A DNA stretch of 49,143 bases from Acidobacteriota bacterium (lineage in GTDB: Bacteria > Acidobacteriota > Vicinamibacteria > Vicinamibacterales > JAENWD01): the NCBI GenBank assembly GCA_046735235.1, contig JBKPSY010000162.1, positions 1 to 49,143 of the forward strand. Reading direction: 5' to 3'. Below the pieces are notes generated by a model that did not search any database, was not told the DNA's origin, and was given only the letters and a program-made list of their open reading frames with translations. The first letter of the stretch is position 1, and the number at the start of each line of letters is the position of its first letter. Both the position numbers and the translations under genes were made by a program. Shown one piece after another: positions 8,963-17,733 of this stretch.

Positions 8963-10404
8963 CAGGCGCTGTACTGCTGCCGCCGCACCGCCAGCTCGTT
9001 CGTCATCTGAATCTCCGTCCGCTTGTCGATGGCGTAGAACGCCAGGCAGACGGCGCAGATCGCGAACGTGATTGCCGGGAAGATGCTCATCGTCAGGCGG
9101 ATGCCGTCGAGGGCAGAGGCCGCCTGCGATACGTTGGGGACGTAGCCGTAGAGCGACAGCACGTAGCCGGTGATTGCGCCGCCGAACCCGAGTCCCGCCT
9201 TCAGCGCGAACACGATCGCGGCAAACACGATGGCCGTCGCACGACGGCCGGTCTTCCACTCCGAGTAGTCGGCGACATCGGCCATCATCGCCCACAGCAG
9301 CGGAATCGTGAAGCCGTACGCGAACTGCCGGAGCATTTCGCTCACGAACATCGCCGTCACCGCCGTTGCCGGCAGGAGCGCGAAGATTGCCGTGAAGAGG
9401 ATCGTGCCGCCGAGGCCCGCGATGAAGAGGTTCCGCTTGCCGAACTTCGTGGCCAGCGCCTTCGAGAAGAAGATCGCGATGATCGTGGCCAGCGTCCCGA
9501 GCACGTTGAAGGCGCTGAACGCGAAGCTGACGACCCCCGCCTCGTCCGCCGGGTTGACGCCAAAGCCGCTGAGCAGCCGCGCGAGGCTCGCTTTGTCAGC
9601 GTAGTAGTTGAAGTAGTACGGCACGACGCTGCCGCGCATGGAGAGCGTGATGAAGAGCACCAGCGTCAGGATGAACATGACGAGCCACGGGCCGTTCTTC
9701 GCAAGATCCGCGAAGTGCTGGCCGACCGAGGCTTTCTGGTCGGGCCGCGGCTGGATGCGCTCTCGCGTCGTCGCGAAGGTGATGAAGAACAGGACCACGG
9801 CCAGCGCGGAGAAGATGCCGATGGTGAACTGGTACCCCCTCGCGTTGTTGCCCTGGCCGAAGTGGTGCACCATCGGCAACGCGAGCCCCTGGATGACGAG
9901 CTGCGCGATCATGGCGCACACGAATCGGTACGACGACAGGCTCGTCCGCTCGCCGAGGTCGCCCGTCATGACGCCGCTCAGCGCCGAATACGGAAGGTTG
10001 TTCGCCGAGTAGACCATCATCAGGCCGATGTAGGTCACGTAGGCGTAGGCGAGCTTGCCGCCGGGGCTGAGGTCGGGCGTCACGAACGCGAGGAAGCCCA
10101 TGATGCCGAAGGGCACCGCCGTCCAGAGCACCCAGGGCCTGTACTTGCCCCAGCGCGTGTCGGTCCGGTCCGCGACGATGCCCATGACGGGATCGAACAC
10201 GGCGTCCCAGACGCGGACGACGACCAGCAGGGTGCCCGCAGCGGCGGCGGTGATCCCGAAGGTGTCCGTGTAGAACGCCAGCTGGAACATCACCATGGTC
10301 TGGAAGATGAAGTTGGCGGCGGTGTCGCCAAGGCCGTAGCCGACCTTCTCGACCACCGACAGCCGCCCGCCTCCATCGTTCCGTGTCACAGCCGCATCGG
10401 CCAC
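8962..10404 (-). CDS. Glycoside-pentoside-hexuronide (GPH) family MFS sugar:cation symporter, probably for xylosides
   Basis: EKVGYGLGD, DAVFDPVMG..ADRTDTRWGKYRPW, MMADVADY motifs, about 12 TM helices. GTG start at 10404 with SD GGAGGAG. Confidence 0.92.
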   Translation of the reverse strand: MADAAVTRNDGGGRLSVVEKVGYGLGDTAANFIFQTMVMFQLAFYTDTFGITAAAAGTLLVVVRVWDAVFDPVMGIVADRTDTRWGKYRPWVLWTAVPFGIMGFLAFVTPDLSPGGKLAYAYVTYIGLMMVYSANNLPYSALSGVMTGDLGERTSLSSYRFVCAMIAQLVIQGLALPMVHHFGQGNNARGYQFTIGIFSALAVVLFFITFATTRERIQPRPDQKASVGQHFADLAKNGPWLVMFILTLVLFITLSMRGSVVPYYFNYYADKASLARLLSGFGVNPADEAGVVSFAFSAFNVLGTLATIIAIFFSKALATKFGKRNLFIAGLGGTILFTAIFALLPATAVTAMFVSEMLRQFAYGFTIPLLWAMMADVADYSEWKTGRRATAIVFAAIVFALKAGLGFGGAITGYVLSLYGYVPNVSQAASALDGIRLTMSIFPAITFAICAVCLAFYAIDKRTEIQMTNELAVRRQQYSA

Positions 10405-10480
10405 TGGGTCTCCTCCACGAGTGGCGACGGTATCACGAACGCGTTCGCGCCGGCCACGCAGTTGGGAGATACTCGCGCAC

Positions 10481-12859
10481 ATGTCGAATCCGTACCAGAA
10501 CGCCGGCCTGTCGGTCGAGACACGGGCCTCGGATCTGCTCTCGCGCATGACGTTCGAGGAGAAGGCCGCGCAGATGCACGCGCTCTGGCTGATCCTCTCT
10601 GAAGACGGCCGCCATCGCCCGCGTCAGGATGATTTCACCGGCGGGACGGACCCGGAGGTGGTGAGGCGCTCGCTCGGCCACGGCCTCGGCCAGATTTCGC
10701 GCGCACTCGGCAGCCACGGCGTCGACGCGCGGACCGGTGTCCGCGCGCTCAATCGCCTGCAGAAATTCCTGCGCGAGGAAACCCGGCTGGGGATTCCCGC
10801 GATGTCGCACGAGGAGTGCCTCGTCGGCCTGATGGCGCGAGGCGCCACGATGTTTCCGTCGGCGCTGGCGTACGGCGCCACCTGGAATCCCGACCTGATC
10901 GAGCGCGCCGCGCAGGCAATCGGTCGCGAGGCGCGGTCGGTCGGATGCCACCAGGGCCTCGCCCCGGTGCTGGACGTGTCACGCGACGTCCGTTGGGGGC
11001 GGACGGAGGAGACATTCGGCGAGGACCCGTATCTCATCGGCGTGCTGGCCACGCGGTACGTCCGCGGGCTGCAGGGCGAGGCGCGAGATCTGCTCGCGAC
11101 GCTGAAGCACTTCGCCGGGCATTCCTGGAGCGAAGGCGCACGCAACCACGGACCGGTGCATCTCGGGTGGCGCGAGCTGAACGACATCTTCCTGCTGCCG
11201 TTCGAGATGGCGGTGAAGCAGTCGCATGCAGGGTCGGTGATGCCCGCCTACCACGACATCGACAACGAGTCGTGCCATGCCTCGCGCCGGCTGCTCACCG
11301 AGGTGCTCCGGCAGGAATGGGGCTTCGACGGCCTGATCGTCGCCGACTACATCGGCATCAGCCTGCTGTACCAGCACCACAACCTCGCGCTCGACCGCGC
11401 CGAGGCGGCAGGGCTGGGCTTCAACGCAGGCCTCGACATCGAGCTACCTGCCGACGACTGCACCGCGCAGTTGGGCGAAGCGGTGCGGCGCGGTCTCATC
11501 ACGATGGAGACGATCGACGAGATCGTCCGGCGCATCGTGCGCGAGAAGCTGCGCCTCGGGATCTTCGAGAAGCCGTATGTGGACGATGAGGCGATCGCGC
11601 TTCAATCGCCGGCGACGGTCGCCCTGGCGCGCGACGTGGCGCGGCAGGGCATCGTCGTGCTCAGCAACAACGGGGTCCTCCCGATCGACCCGTCACGAGG
11701 GCAGCGAATTGCCCTGATCGGTCCTGCCGCCGATGACCCGATGGCGCTGCTCTGCGGCTACAGCTTCCCGGTGCACCTGATCCTGAACGACGCGGGTGAA
11801 TCCGCGTCGCAGGTCGTGACGCCGCGGGCGGCGTTCCGACGCGCCTTCGGGGAAGGCCGCGTCGCGTACGAGCGTGGCTGCTTCGTCATCGAGCAACGGA
11901 AATATGGCTCGCCGGTCTTCCCCGGAGACGTCGAGGCCAGCACGTCGCTCGACCAGCCGTCGCCGATCTCGGAGCGGACGGACCTGATTCCCGCCGCGGT
12001 GGCTTCGGCATCGGCGGCCGACATCGCGGTCCTCTGTGTCGGCGACCTCGCCGGCCTCTTCAACACCGGCACCGTCGGCGAGGGCTCGGACGCCGATTCG
12101 CTCGACCTCCCAGGCGTGCAGCAGCAGCTGCTCGACGCGGTGGTCGCCACAGGAACGCCAGTCGTCGTCGTGCTGTCGAGCGGGCGTCCCTACAACCTCG
12201 GCGGGCTCGAGGACAAGGTCGCCGCCTTCGTGATGACGTTTGCGGGCGGGCAGGAGGGCGGTCCGGCGCTCGTGGACGTCCTGACGGGCGCCGTCGAACC
12301 GTCGGGGCGCCTGACGATTTCGGTCCCCAGGAACGTGGGCGCCGTGCCGTACTACTACAACCACAAGATGAAGAGCGCGGGGACGCCGATCGCGCGGCAC
12401 TTCGGCAGCCGGTATCCGTTCGGCCACGGCCTCGGGTACACGGCATTCGAATTTGCGGACCTGGCGTTTGACGGTGACGCGGTCGACATTGCAACCGGTG
12501 AGGTCGTCGCGCATTTCACCGTGCACAACACGGGAACGCGCAGTGGCGTTGCGGTGCCGCAGGTGTACGTGCGCGACCTGGTCGCATCGGTGGTACGACC
12601 CGTCAAGGAGCTGAAGGCATTCTGCCGCGCGGATCTCGCGGCGGGCGCTTCGGCGCGGATCGCCGTCCACCTTCCCACCGACATGCTGTCGTTCACAGGC
12701 CCCGGCGGACGGCGCATCGTCGAGCCCGGCCGGTTCGAGCTGCAAGTGGGCGCGTCGAGCGGCGACATCCGGCTGCGCGGTCAGTTCGAGGTGACGGGCG
12801 AGACGCGTGAGCTCGGACGCGAGTGGCGGATGGAGAGCAGGTGCGCCGTTGTTCCGTAG
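10481..12859 (+). CDS. GH3 beta-glucosidase/beta-xylosidase, cytoplasmic, with Fn3-like C-domain
   Basis: RWGRTEETFGEDP, KHFAG, IVADY (nucleophile), YPFGHGLGY, RPVKELKAF; no signal peptide. Confidence 0.93.
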   Translation: MSNPYQNAGLSVETRASDLLSRMTFEEKAAQMHALWLILSEDGRHRPRQDDFTGGTDPEVVRRSLGHGLGQISRALGSHGVDARTGVRALNRLQKFLREETRLGIPAMSHEECLVGLMARGATMFPSALAYGATWNPDLIERAAQAIGREARSVGCHQGLAPVLDVSRDVRWGRTEETFGEDPYLIGVLATRYVRGLQGEARDLLATLKHFAGHSWSEGARNHGPVHLGWRELNDIFLLPFEMAVKQSHAGSVMPAYHDIDNESCHASRRLLTEVLRQEWGFDGLIVADYIGISLLYQHHNLALDRAEAAGLGFNAGLDIELPADDCTAQLGEAVRRGLITMETIDEIVRRIVREKLRLGIFEKPYVDDEAIALQSPATVALARDVARQGIVVLSNNGVLPIDPSRGQRIALIGPAADDPMALLCGYSFPVHLILNDAGESASQVVTPRAAFRRAFGEGRVAYERGCFVIEQRKYGSPVFPGDVEASTSLDQPSPISERTDLIPAAVASASAADIAVLCVGDLAGLFNTGTVGEGSDADSLDLPGVQQQLLDAVVATGTPVVVVLSSGRPYNLGGLEDKVAAFVMTFAGGQEGGPALVDVLTGAVEPSGRLTISVPRNVGAVPYYYNHKMKSAGTPIARHFGSRYPFGHGLGYTAFEFADLAFDGDAVDIATGEVVAHFTVHNTGTRSGVAVPQVYVRDLVASVVRPVKELKAFCRADLAAGASARIAVHLPTDMLSFTGPGGRRIVEPGRFELQVGASSGDIRLRGQFEVTGETRELGREWRMESRCAVVP

Positions 12860-12868
12860 ATGACGGCG

Positions 12869-13585
12869 CTACTTCGAGCCGGACAAGCGCGCGAGCATCG
12901 TGCGCGCCTGGACCTTGAACTCGGCGTCTTCGGGTGCCCACTCGGGATCGAGCGGCAGGCTCGCGATCTGCTGCAGCTCGGATTTCGCGTCGTCCACGCG
13001 ATCCATGGCCTCGAGGGTCTCCGCCAGGAACAGCCGTGTGACGATGCTGCGGGGGTTGTAGGCGAGAGCGCGGCGGAGATGCTCCTCTGATTTCTGCTTC
13101 GAGCCGCCGAAAAGACCCGGCACCTTGAAATACCAGCGCCCGAGCGCCCGATCGGCGGACCCCTGCAGGAACGCCGGGTCCATGGCGAGCACCTTTTCGA
13201 GCTCGTCGCGGATCGTGCCGCGATACTTCAGGCCGCCGCGGATGCCGTGGTTCTCGGCGTAGCCGCCCATGTTGGCGGCCAGCCAGAAATGCCCTTCGGG
13301 CTTGTCGGGCGCCGCGGCGATGGCCACTCGCGCCGCGGCCATGCCCGCTTCATATGCCTTATCCTTCGCGTCGTTCGTGACCTCGTGACCACCCAGCCAG
13401 TAGCCGGCTTTGGCGCGCTTCCAGGCGGAGACGAAATCCTTCGGGTTCCCGTCGATCGCGGCCTGCCAGATCGCCGCGGCGCGCCGCGCACTCGCCAGGT
13501 CGGCGCGGTTCGCGTACAGCGCGTCCGCCTCGTCGGCGGCGTGCGCCGGGAACGCCAGTGCCGTCACCAGCATCACAAGAACCAT
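12869..13585 (-). CDS. Secreted TPR-like protein (TatT-like)
   Basis: Signal peptide ending AFPAHA; helical repeats; [16 protein letters not shown] motif. Start moved to ATG 13585 to avoid overlap with folE. Confidence 0.7.
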   Translation of the reverse strand: MVLVMLVTALAFPAHAADEADALYANRADLASARRAAAIWQAAIDGNPKDFVSAWKRAKAGYWLGGHEVTNDAKDKAYEAGMAAARVAIAAAPDKPEGHFWLAANMGGYAENHGIRGGLKYRGTIRDELEKVLAMDPAFLQGSADRALGRWYFKVPGLFGGSKQKSEEHLRRALAYNPRSIVTRLFLAETLEAMDRVDDAKSELQQIASLPLDPEWAPEDAEFKVQARTMLARLSGSK

Positions 13586-13601
13586 GCGGTACAATGGTGG
13601 G

Positions 13602-14201
13602 ATGCAGGATCTGGTCGCGGCGCTGCTGCAGCAGCTCGGCGAGGACCCCGACCGCGAGGGCTTGCGCGACACGCCCAAGCGCGTCGAGAAGTCGCTGCGT
13701 TTCCTGACCAGCGGGTACCAGGCGGACATTGACGGAGTCATCAACAACGCGCTGTTCTCAGTGGATTACAGCGAGATGGTGATCGTCAAGGATATCGACT
13801 TCTACAGCCTGTGCGAGCACCACCTGCTCCCGTTTTTCGGCAAGTGCCACATCGCCTACATCCCGACGAAGAAGGTCATAGGCCTGAGCAAGATTCCGCG
13901 CCTGGTCGAGGTCTTCGCCCGGCGCCTCCAGGTGCAGGAGCGGCTCACGCACCAGATCGCTGAGGTGATCGACGAGAAGATCTCGCCGCTCGGCGTGGCC
14001 GTCGTGATGGAGGGCACACACCTGTGCATGTCGATGCGCGGCGTGGAGAAGCAGAACTCGCTCGCGATCACCAGCGCGATGCTGGGGGCCTTCCGCGACA
14101 ACGCGCGGACGCGCAGCGAGTTCCTCGAGCTGATCCGCCGTCCGCATCTCACGCCGAGCCCCATCGACGCGATCGCCGGCCTCAGTTGCGTGACGGAATA
14201 G
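13602..14201 (+). CDS. folE: GTP cyclohydrolase I
   Basis: [62 protein letters not shown]6-ATG start. Confidence 0.97.
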   Translation: MQDLVAALLQQLGEDPDREGLRDTPKRVEKSLRFLTSGYQADIDGVINNALFSVDYSEMVIVKDIDFYSLCEHHLLPFFGKCHIAYIPTKKVIGLSKIPRLVEVFARRLQVQERLTHQIAEVIDEKISPLGVAVVMEGTHLCMSMRGVEKQNSLAITSAMLGAFRDNARTRSEFLELIRRPHLTPSPIDAIAGLSCVTE

Positions 14202-14301
14202 TCGTCGGCGTGCCGTCCGCTCGTCGCTCCGTCGGTGTGATAGCCGCTCCCCGCTCCTCGCTCCTCGTTCCAGCTCGTCACCCGTCGCTCGTTCGTCGCT
14301 G
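14202..14301. repeat. Degenerate 7-mer tandem repeats (TCGTCGC / CGCTCCT)
   Basis: Periodic units fill the folE-permease spacer and resemble the reverse complement of the array at 39419-39487. Confidence 0.6.
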
Positions 14302-14304
14302 GGC

Positions 14305-15522
14305 ATGCTGCCCGCGCTAATCCTGTTTCTCGCGTACGTGGTCCTCGCTCTCGGGCACCTGCCCGGGCTGCGCCTCGACCGCACTGGCGCCGCTGTCATC
14401 GGCGCCATCCTCATGGTCACTGTCGGCGGCCTGTCGTTCGACGCCGCCGTCGCTGCCGTCAATTACCGCACGCTCGTCCTGCTGTTCGGCATGATGGTGC
14501 TCGTCGCGCACCTGCAGCTGGCGGGCTTCTTCGGCCTCGTCGCGCGCAGAATTGCCGGCCGCATCGCCAATCCCGTCGCGCTCGTCGGTGTCATCGCGGC
14601 CGCCTCCGGCGCGCTCTCCGCGCTCTTCGTCAACGACCCGGTCTGCCTCGTGCTCACGCCTGTGGTCATCGAGATCGCGCGGCTGCGACGCCTCAATCCG
14701 CTGCCCGTGCTGCTGGCGCTCGCCACCGGCTCGAACATCGGCAGCGTAGCCACAATCACGGGCAACCCGCAGAACATGCTGATCGGCAGCCTGTCTCGGA
14801 TCTCGTTCCTGCAATTCACGACCGTGCTCGGGCCGGTCGCGCTCGTCGGCTTCGTCATCGATGTGCTGGTAATCGCGGTGGTGTACCGCGGACGCTTTCA
14901 CGCGGTCGGACTGGTCGAGGAGCCGATTGTGGTCAATCGCACGTCGCTCCGGCGCGCGCAGGCATCGATGCTCGCGAAGACGATCGTGGTGGCGACGCTG
15001 ATGCTGGTCGGGTTCATTGCCGGCTACGACACGGCGCTCGTGGCCGCCGCCGGCGGCGCAGCGCTCCTCATCACGCGACGCGTGAAGCCCGAGAAAATCT
15101 GGCGCCGTATCGACTGGGACCTCCTCGTCCTCTTCGTCGGCCTCTTCGTCATCGTCGCCGGCGCCGAGCAGGCCGGGCTCGACCGGAAGTTCTTCGACCT
15201 GCTGCGGCCCATCGGCATCGAGACCCGGCTGGGGCTCTCGCTGGTGTCCGCGGTGCTGGCCAATCTGATCAGCAACGTGCCATCCGTGATGCTCTTCTCG
15301 CGGTTCGTCCCGACACTGCAGAACCCGACGGAAGGCTGGCTGACGCTCGCGATGTCCAGCACGCTGGCGGGGAACCTCACCATTCTCGGCTCGATCGCGA
15401 ACCTGATCGTCGTCGAAGGCGCCAGGAAGCGTGATGTCGCCATCACCTTCGGCGAATATTTCCGCGTCGGCCTCCCGGTGACGATCGCCACGCTCGCCTT
15501 CGGCACCTGGTGGGTATACTGA
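14305..15522 (+). CDS. ArsB/NhaD (YbiR-like) anion permease
   Basis: LSALFVND, SNIGSVATITGNPQN, SNVP, STLAGNLTILGSIANLIV; multi-pass membrane protein. Confidence 0.9.
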   Translation: MLPALILFLAYVVLALGHLPGLRLDRTGAAVIGAILMVTVGGLSFDAAVAAVNYRTLVLLFGMMVLVAHLQLAGFFGLVARRIAGRIANPVALVGVIAAASGALSALFVNDPVCLVLTPVVIEIARLRRLNPLPVLLALATGSNIGSVATITGNPQNMLIGSLSRISFLQFTTVLGPVALVGFVIDVLVIAVVYRGRFHAVGLVEEPIVVNRTSLRRAQASMLAKTIVVATLMLVGFIAGYDTALVAAAGGAALLITRRVKPEKIWRRIDWDLLVLFVGLFVIVAGAEQAGLDRKFFDLLRPIGIETRLGLSLVSAVLANLISNVPSVMLFSRFVPTLQNPTEGWLTLAMSSTLAGNLTILGSIANLIVVEGARKRDVAITFGEYFRVGLPVTIATLAFGTWWVY

Positions 15523-15528
15523 CGGCCG

Positions 15529-16287
15529 ATGCCCCGGCACCTTGCCGCAGGCGCGATCGCGACGCTCGTCCTCGGCGCGGTCCTGGCCGCGGCGCCTCAG
15601 AAGACGAAGCCGAAGCCCGCGCCAAAGCCTCCAGCGCCGCCGCCGGCCGTCACGACGCCGATCCTGACGACGCCGATGCCGATCGCGTGTCCCGATGCGT
15701 TGGGGCAGGGCGTCAAGAGCGGGCGGGTCTTCTGTGAGGTGCCCGTCAGCCACGATCCGGCGCACGGCGATCTGATCGTGGTCCCGAGGCACCAGGGCCC
15801 GGCGACCGTGCGATTCCATTTGCACAACCGGCAATTGGTCTCGGCGTCCCTGATCAAGGCGAAGCGCGCGTTCACCCGCGCGACGGCGACGGCGGTCGTG
15901 GTGAAGGCGGATGGCACGATCCTCGGCCGCGGCACCGTGCAGACGGAGTTCCGGCAGGAGTCGGACCTGTTCGACCGCGTGCCGGCGGGGCCCGGCGCGA
16001 AGGGGTTCAAGGCGGTCGCGCCAATCGGCGACGAGCTGGTCGAGATCCAGGTGCCCGAGGACGCAGAGAGCGTGACGGTCGTGGGCGAGAAGGTGGAACT
16101 GGTGCAGATCGACGGCACGCAGACGCTGTCGTCGGACGGCGTGTCGGTGGCATTCATCAGCAGTTCCCAGATCGAGTATCGTGCCGCGCCGGCGCCGAAA
16201 CCCGTGCCGCCCGCGAAGAAGCCGGCGAAGAAGACCGCGACGAAGAAGGCGGCGCCAAAGAAGACCGCGACGAAGCCGCACCGCTGA
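15529..16287 (+). CDS. Secreted hypothetical protein with Pro-rich N-linker and Lys/Ala-rich tail
   Basis: Signal peptide, good codon bias, operonic position; tail PAKKPAKKTATKKAAPKKTATK. Confidence 0.75.
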   Translation: MPRHLAAGAIATLVLGAVLAAAPQKTKPKPAPKPPAPPPAVTTPILTTPMPIACPDALGQGVKSGRVFCEVPVSHDPAHGDLIVVPRHQGPATVRFHLHNRQLVSASLIKAKRAFTRATATAVVVKADGTILGRGTVQTEFRQESDLFDRVPAGPGAKGFKAVAPIGDELVEIQVPEDAESVTVVGEKVELVQIDGTQTLSSDGVSVAFISSSQIEYRAAPAPKPVPPAKKPAKKTATKKAAPKKTATKPHR

Positions 16288-16288
16288 C

Positions 16289-16316
16289 ATCCGAAGTCTG
16301 AGTCCGAAGTCCGGAG
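16289..16316. repeat. 7-mer tandem repeat (TCCGAAG family)
   Basis: TCCGAAG TCTGAG TCCGAAG TCCGGAG; near copy at 26280-26306. Confidence 0.65.
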
Positions 16317-16324
16317 CCAAATTT

Positions 16325-17644
16325 ATGAATCGACGCGATTTCATGAAATCCACCGTGGTCGCCGGCGCGACCGCCGCGTTCGCCCGTCCTGCCGAGGCCG
16401 CCGTGGCGCCGAGCGATCGGATCACGGTTGGTTTCATCGGCTGCGGCGCCCGCGCCCACGAGCATCTCGACGACGTGAAGGCGATGGCCGGCGTGGAGGT
16501 GGTGGCCGTCGCCGATGCCTACACGGGGCGCGCAGAACGCGCGCGCGTCCGCACCGGCGGCCGCGCGGCGATCGTCGCCGACTACCGCGACATTCTCGCG
16601 AACCCGGGTATCGACGCGGTGTTCGTGGTGACACCAGACCACTGGCACAAGGCGATGGTCGTCGAGGCGCTCGCCGCGAAGAAGGACGTGTACGTCGAGA
16701 AGCCGATGAGCTACTCGATCGAAGACGGCCTCGCGATGGTCGCCGCCGCGAAGAAGTCCGACCGCATCGTCCAGGTCGGGAGCCAGGGCGTGAGCGGCCC
16801 CGACATGATCAAGGCGCGCGAGCTGGTGAAGGCCGGGAAGATCGGGCAGGTCGTGATGGTGCGCGCGGCCTACAACCGCAACAGCGCAAGCGGTGCGTGG
16901 CTGTATCCGATCCCGCCGGACGCCTCGCCGTCCACGGTGAACTGGGATCAGTTCATTGGTCCTGCACCGAAGCGGGCGTTCGATCTGGAGCGGTTCTTCC
17001 GCTGGCGCTGCTACTGGGACTACTCGGGCGGCGTTGCCACCGATCTGTTCGTCCACCTCGTGTCGTGGCTGAACTTCGTCACCGACGCGAAGATGCCGGC
17101 TGGCATCATCGCGACCGGCGAGAACTACGGGTTCAAGAAGACCCACGAGGTGCCCGACACCGTCAACGCGCTGCTCGTCTATCCGGAGAATTTCACGGCC
17201 AGCCTCTGCTGCACCCTGGACAACGCTCGCGGCAGCGAGTCAGGTCTCGAGGTGCTGGGCACGGAGGGCAGCCTCCTGCTCAGGGGCGGAGGCGTCACGC
17301 TGCGGCCCGAGTCGAAGCACGAGGACAACCGCTGGGTGGTGCGCTCCTGGCCCGAGGCGCTCGAGAAGGCGTACTACGACGACCCGAAGATTAAGGCCGT
17401 CGAGTCGCCTGAGACCTGGGACGCGCAAACGACGGCCGGCGAAGAACACTGGGGCACCGAGGGGCGCGACGCGAGCTACGTGCACGTCGCGAACTTCTTC
17501 GACTGCGTACGGACTCGCCAGCAGCCCTACGAGGACGTGGTCTTCGGCCACCGCGCGGCCGCGTGCGCGCACATGGTGAACCGCTCGGTTCGCGAGAAGC
17601 GAATGATCGAATGGGACTTCGGAGCGGACAGGACGAAGGGCTGA
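16325..17644 (+). CDS. Tat-exported Gfo/Idh/MocA oxidoreductase
   Basis: MNRRDFMK twin-arginine signal, GFIGCG, TPDHWH, YVEKPM, WRCYWDYSGG. Confidence 0.92.
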   Translation: MNRRDFMKSTVVAGATAAFARPAEAAVAPSDRITVGFIGCGARAHEHLDDVKAMAGVEVVAVADAYTGRAERARVRTGGRAAIVADYRDILANPGIDAVFVVTPDHWHKAMVVEALAAKKDVYVEKPMSYSIEDGLAMVAAAKKSDRIVQVGSQGVSGPDMIKARELVKAGKIGQVVMVRAAYNRNSASGAWLYPIPPDASPSTVNWDQFIGPAPKRAFDLERFFRWRCYWDYSGGVATDLFVHLVSWLNFVTDAKMPAGIIATGENYGFKKTHEVPDTVNALLVYPENFTASLCCTLDNARGSESGLEVLGTEGSLLLRGGGVTLRPESKHEDNRWVVRSWPEALEKAYYDDPKIKAVESPETWDAQTTAGEEHWGTEGRDASYVHVANFFDCVRTRQQPYEDVVFGHRAAACAHMVNRSVREKRMIEWDFGADRTKG

Positions 17645-17648
17645 TCAC

Positions 17649-17702
17649 GGGCCAGGGATCAGGATCAGGGGCCAGGGCCAGGGCAGCGCGCAGTGCCTGA
17701 TC
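17649..17702. repeat. 6-7-mer tandem repeats (GGGCCAG / GGATCAG)
   Basis: About 5 units after the oxidoreductase stop, with a partial inverse CCTGATC. Confidence 0.55.
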
Positions 17703-17706
17703 TCTT

Positions 17707-17729
17707 GTAGCGCAGGCCTTCAGGCCTGC
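17707..17729 (+). repeat. GTAG-type REP palindrome
   Basis: GTAG-C-GCAGGCCT-TC-AGGCCTGC between convergent genes. Confidence 0.65.
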
Positions 17730-17733
17730 TGAC

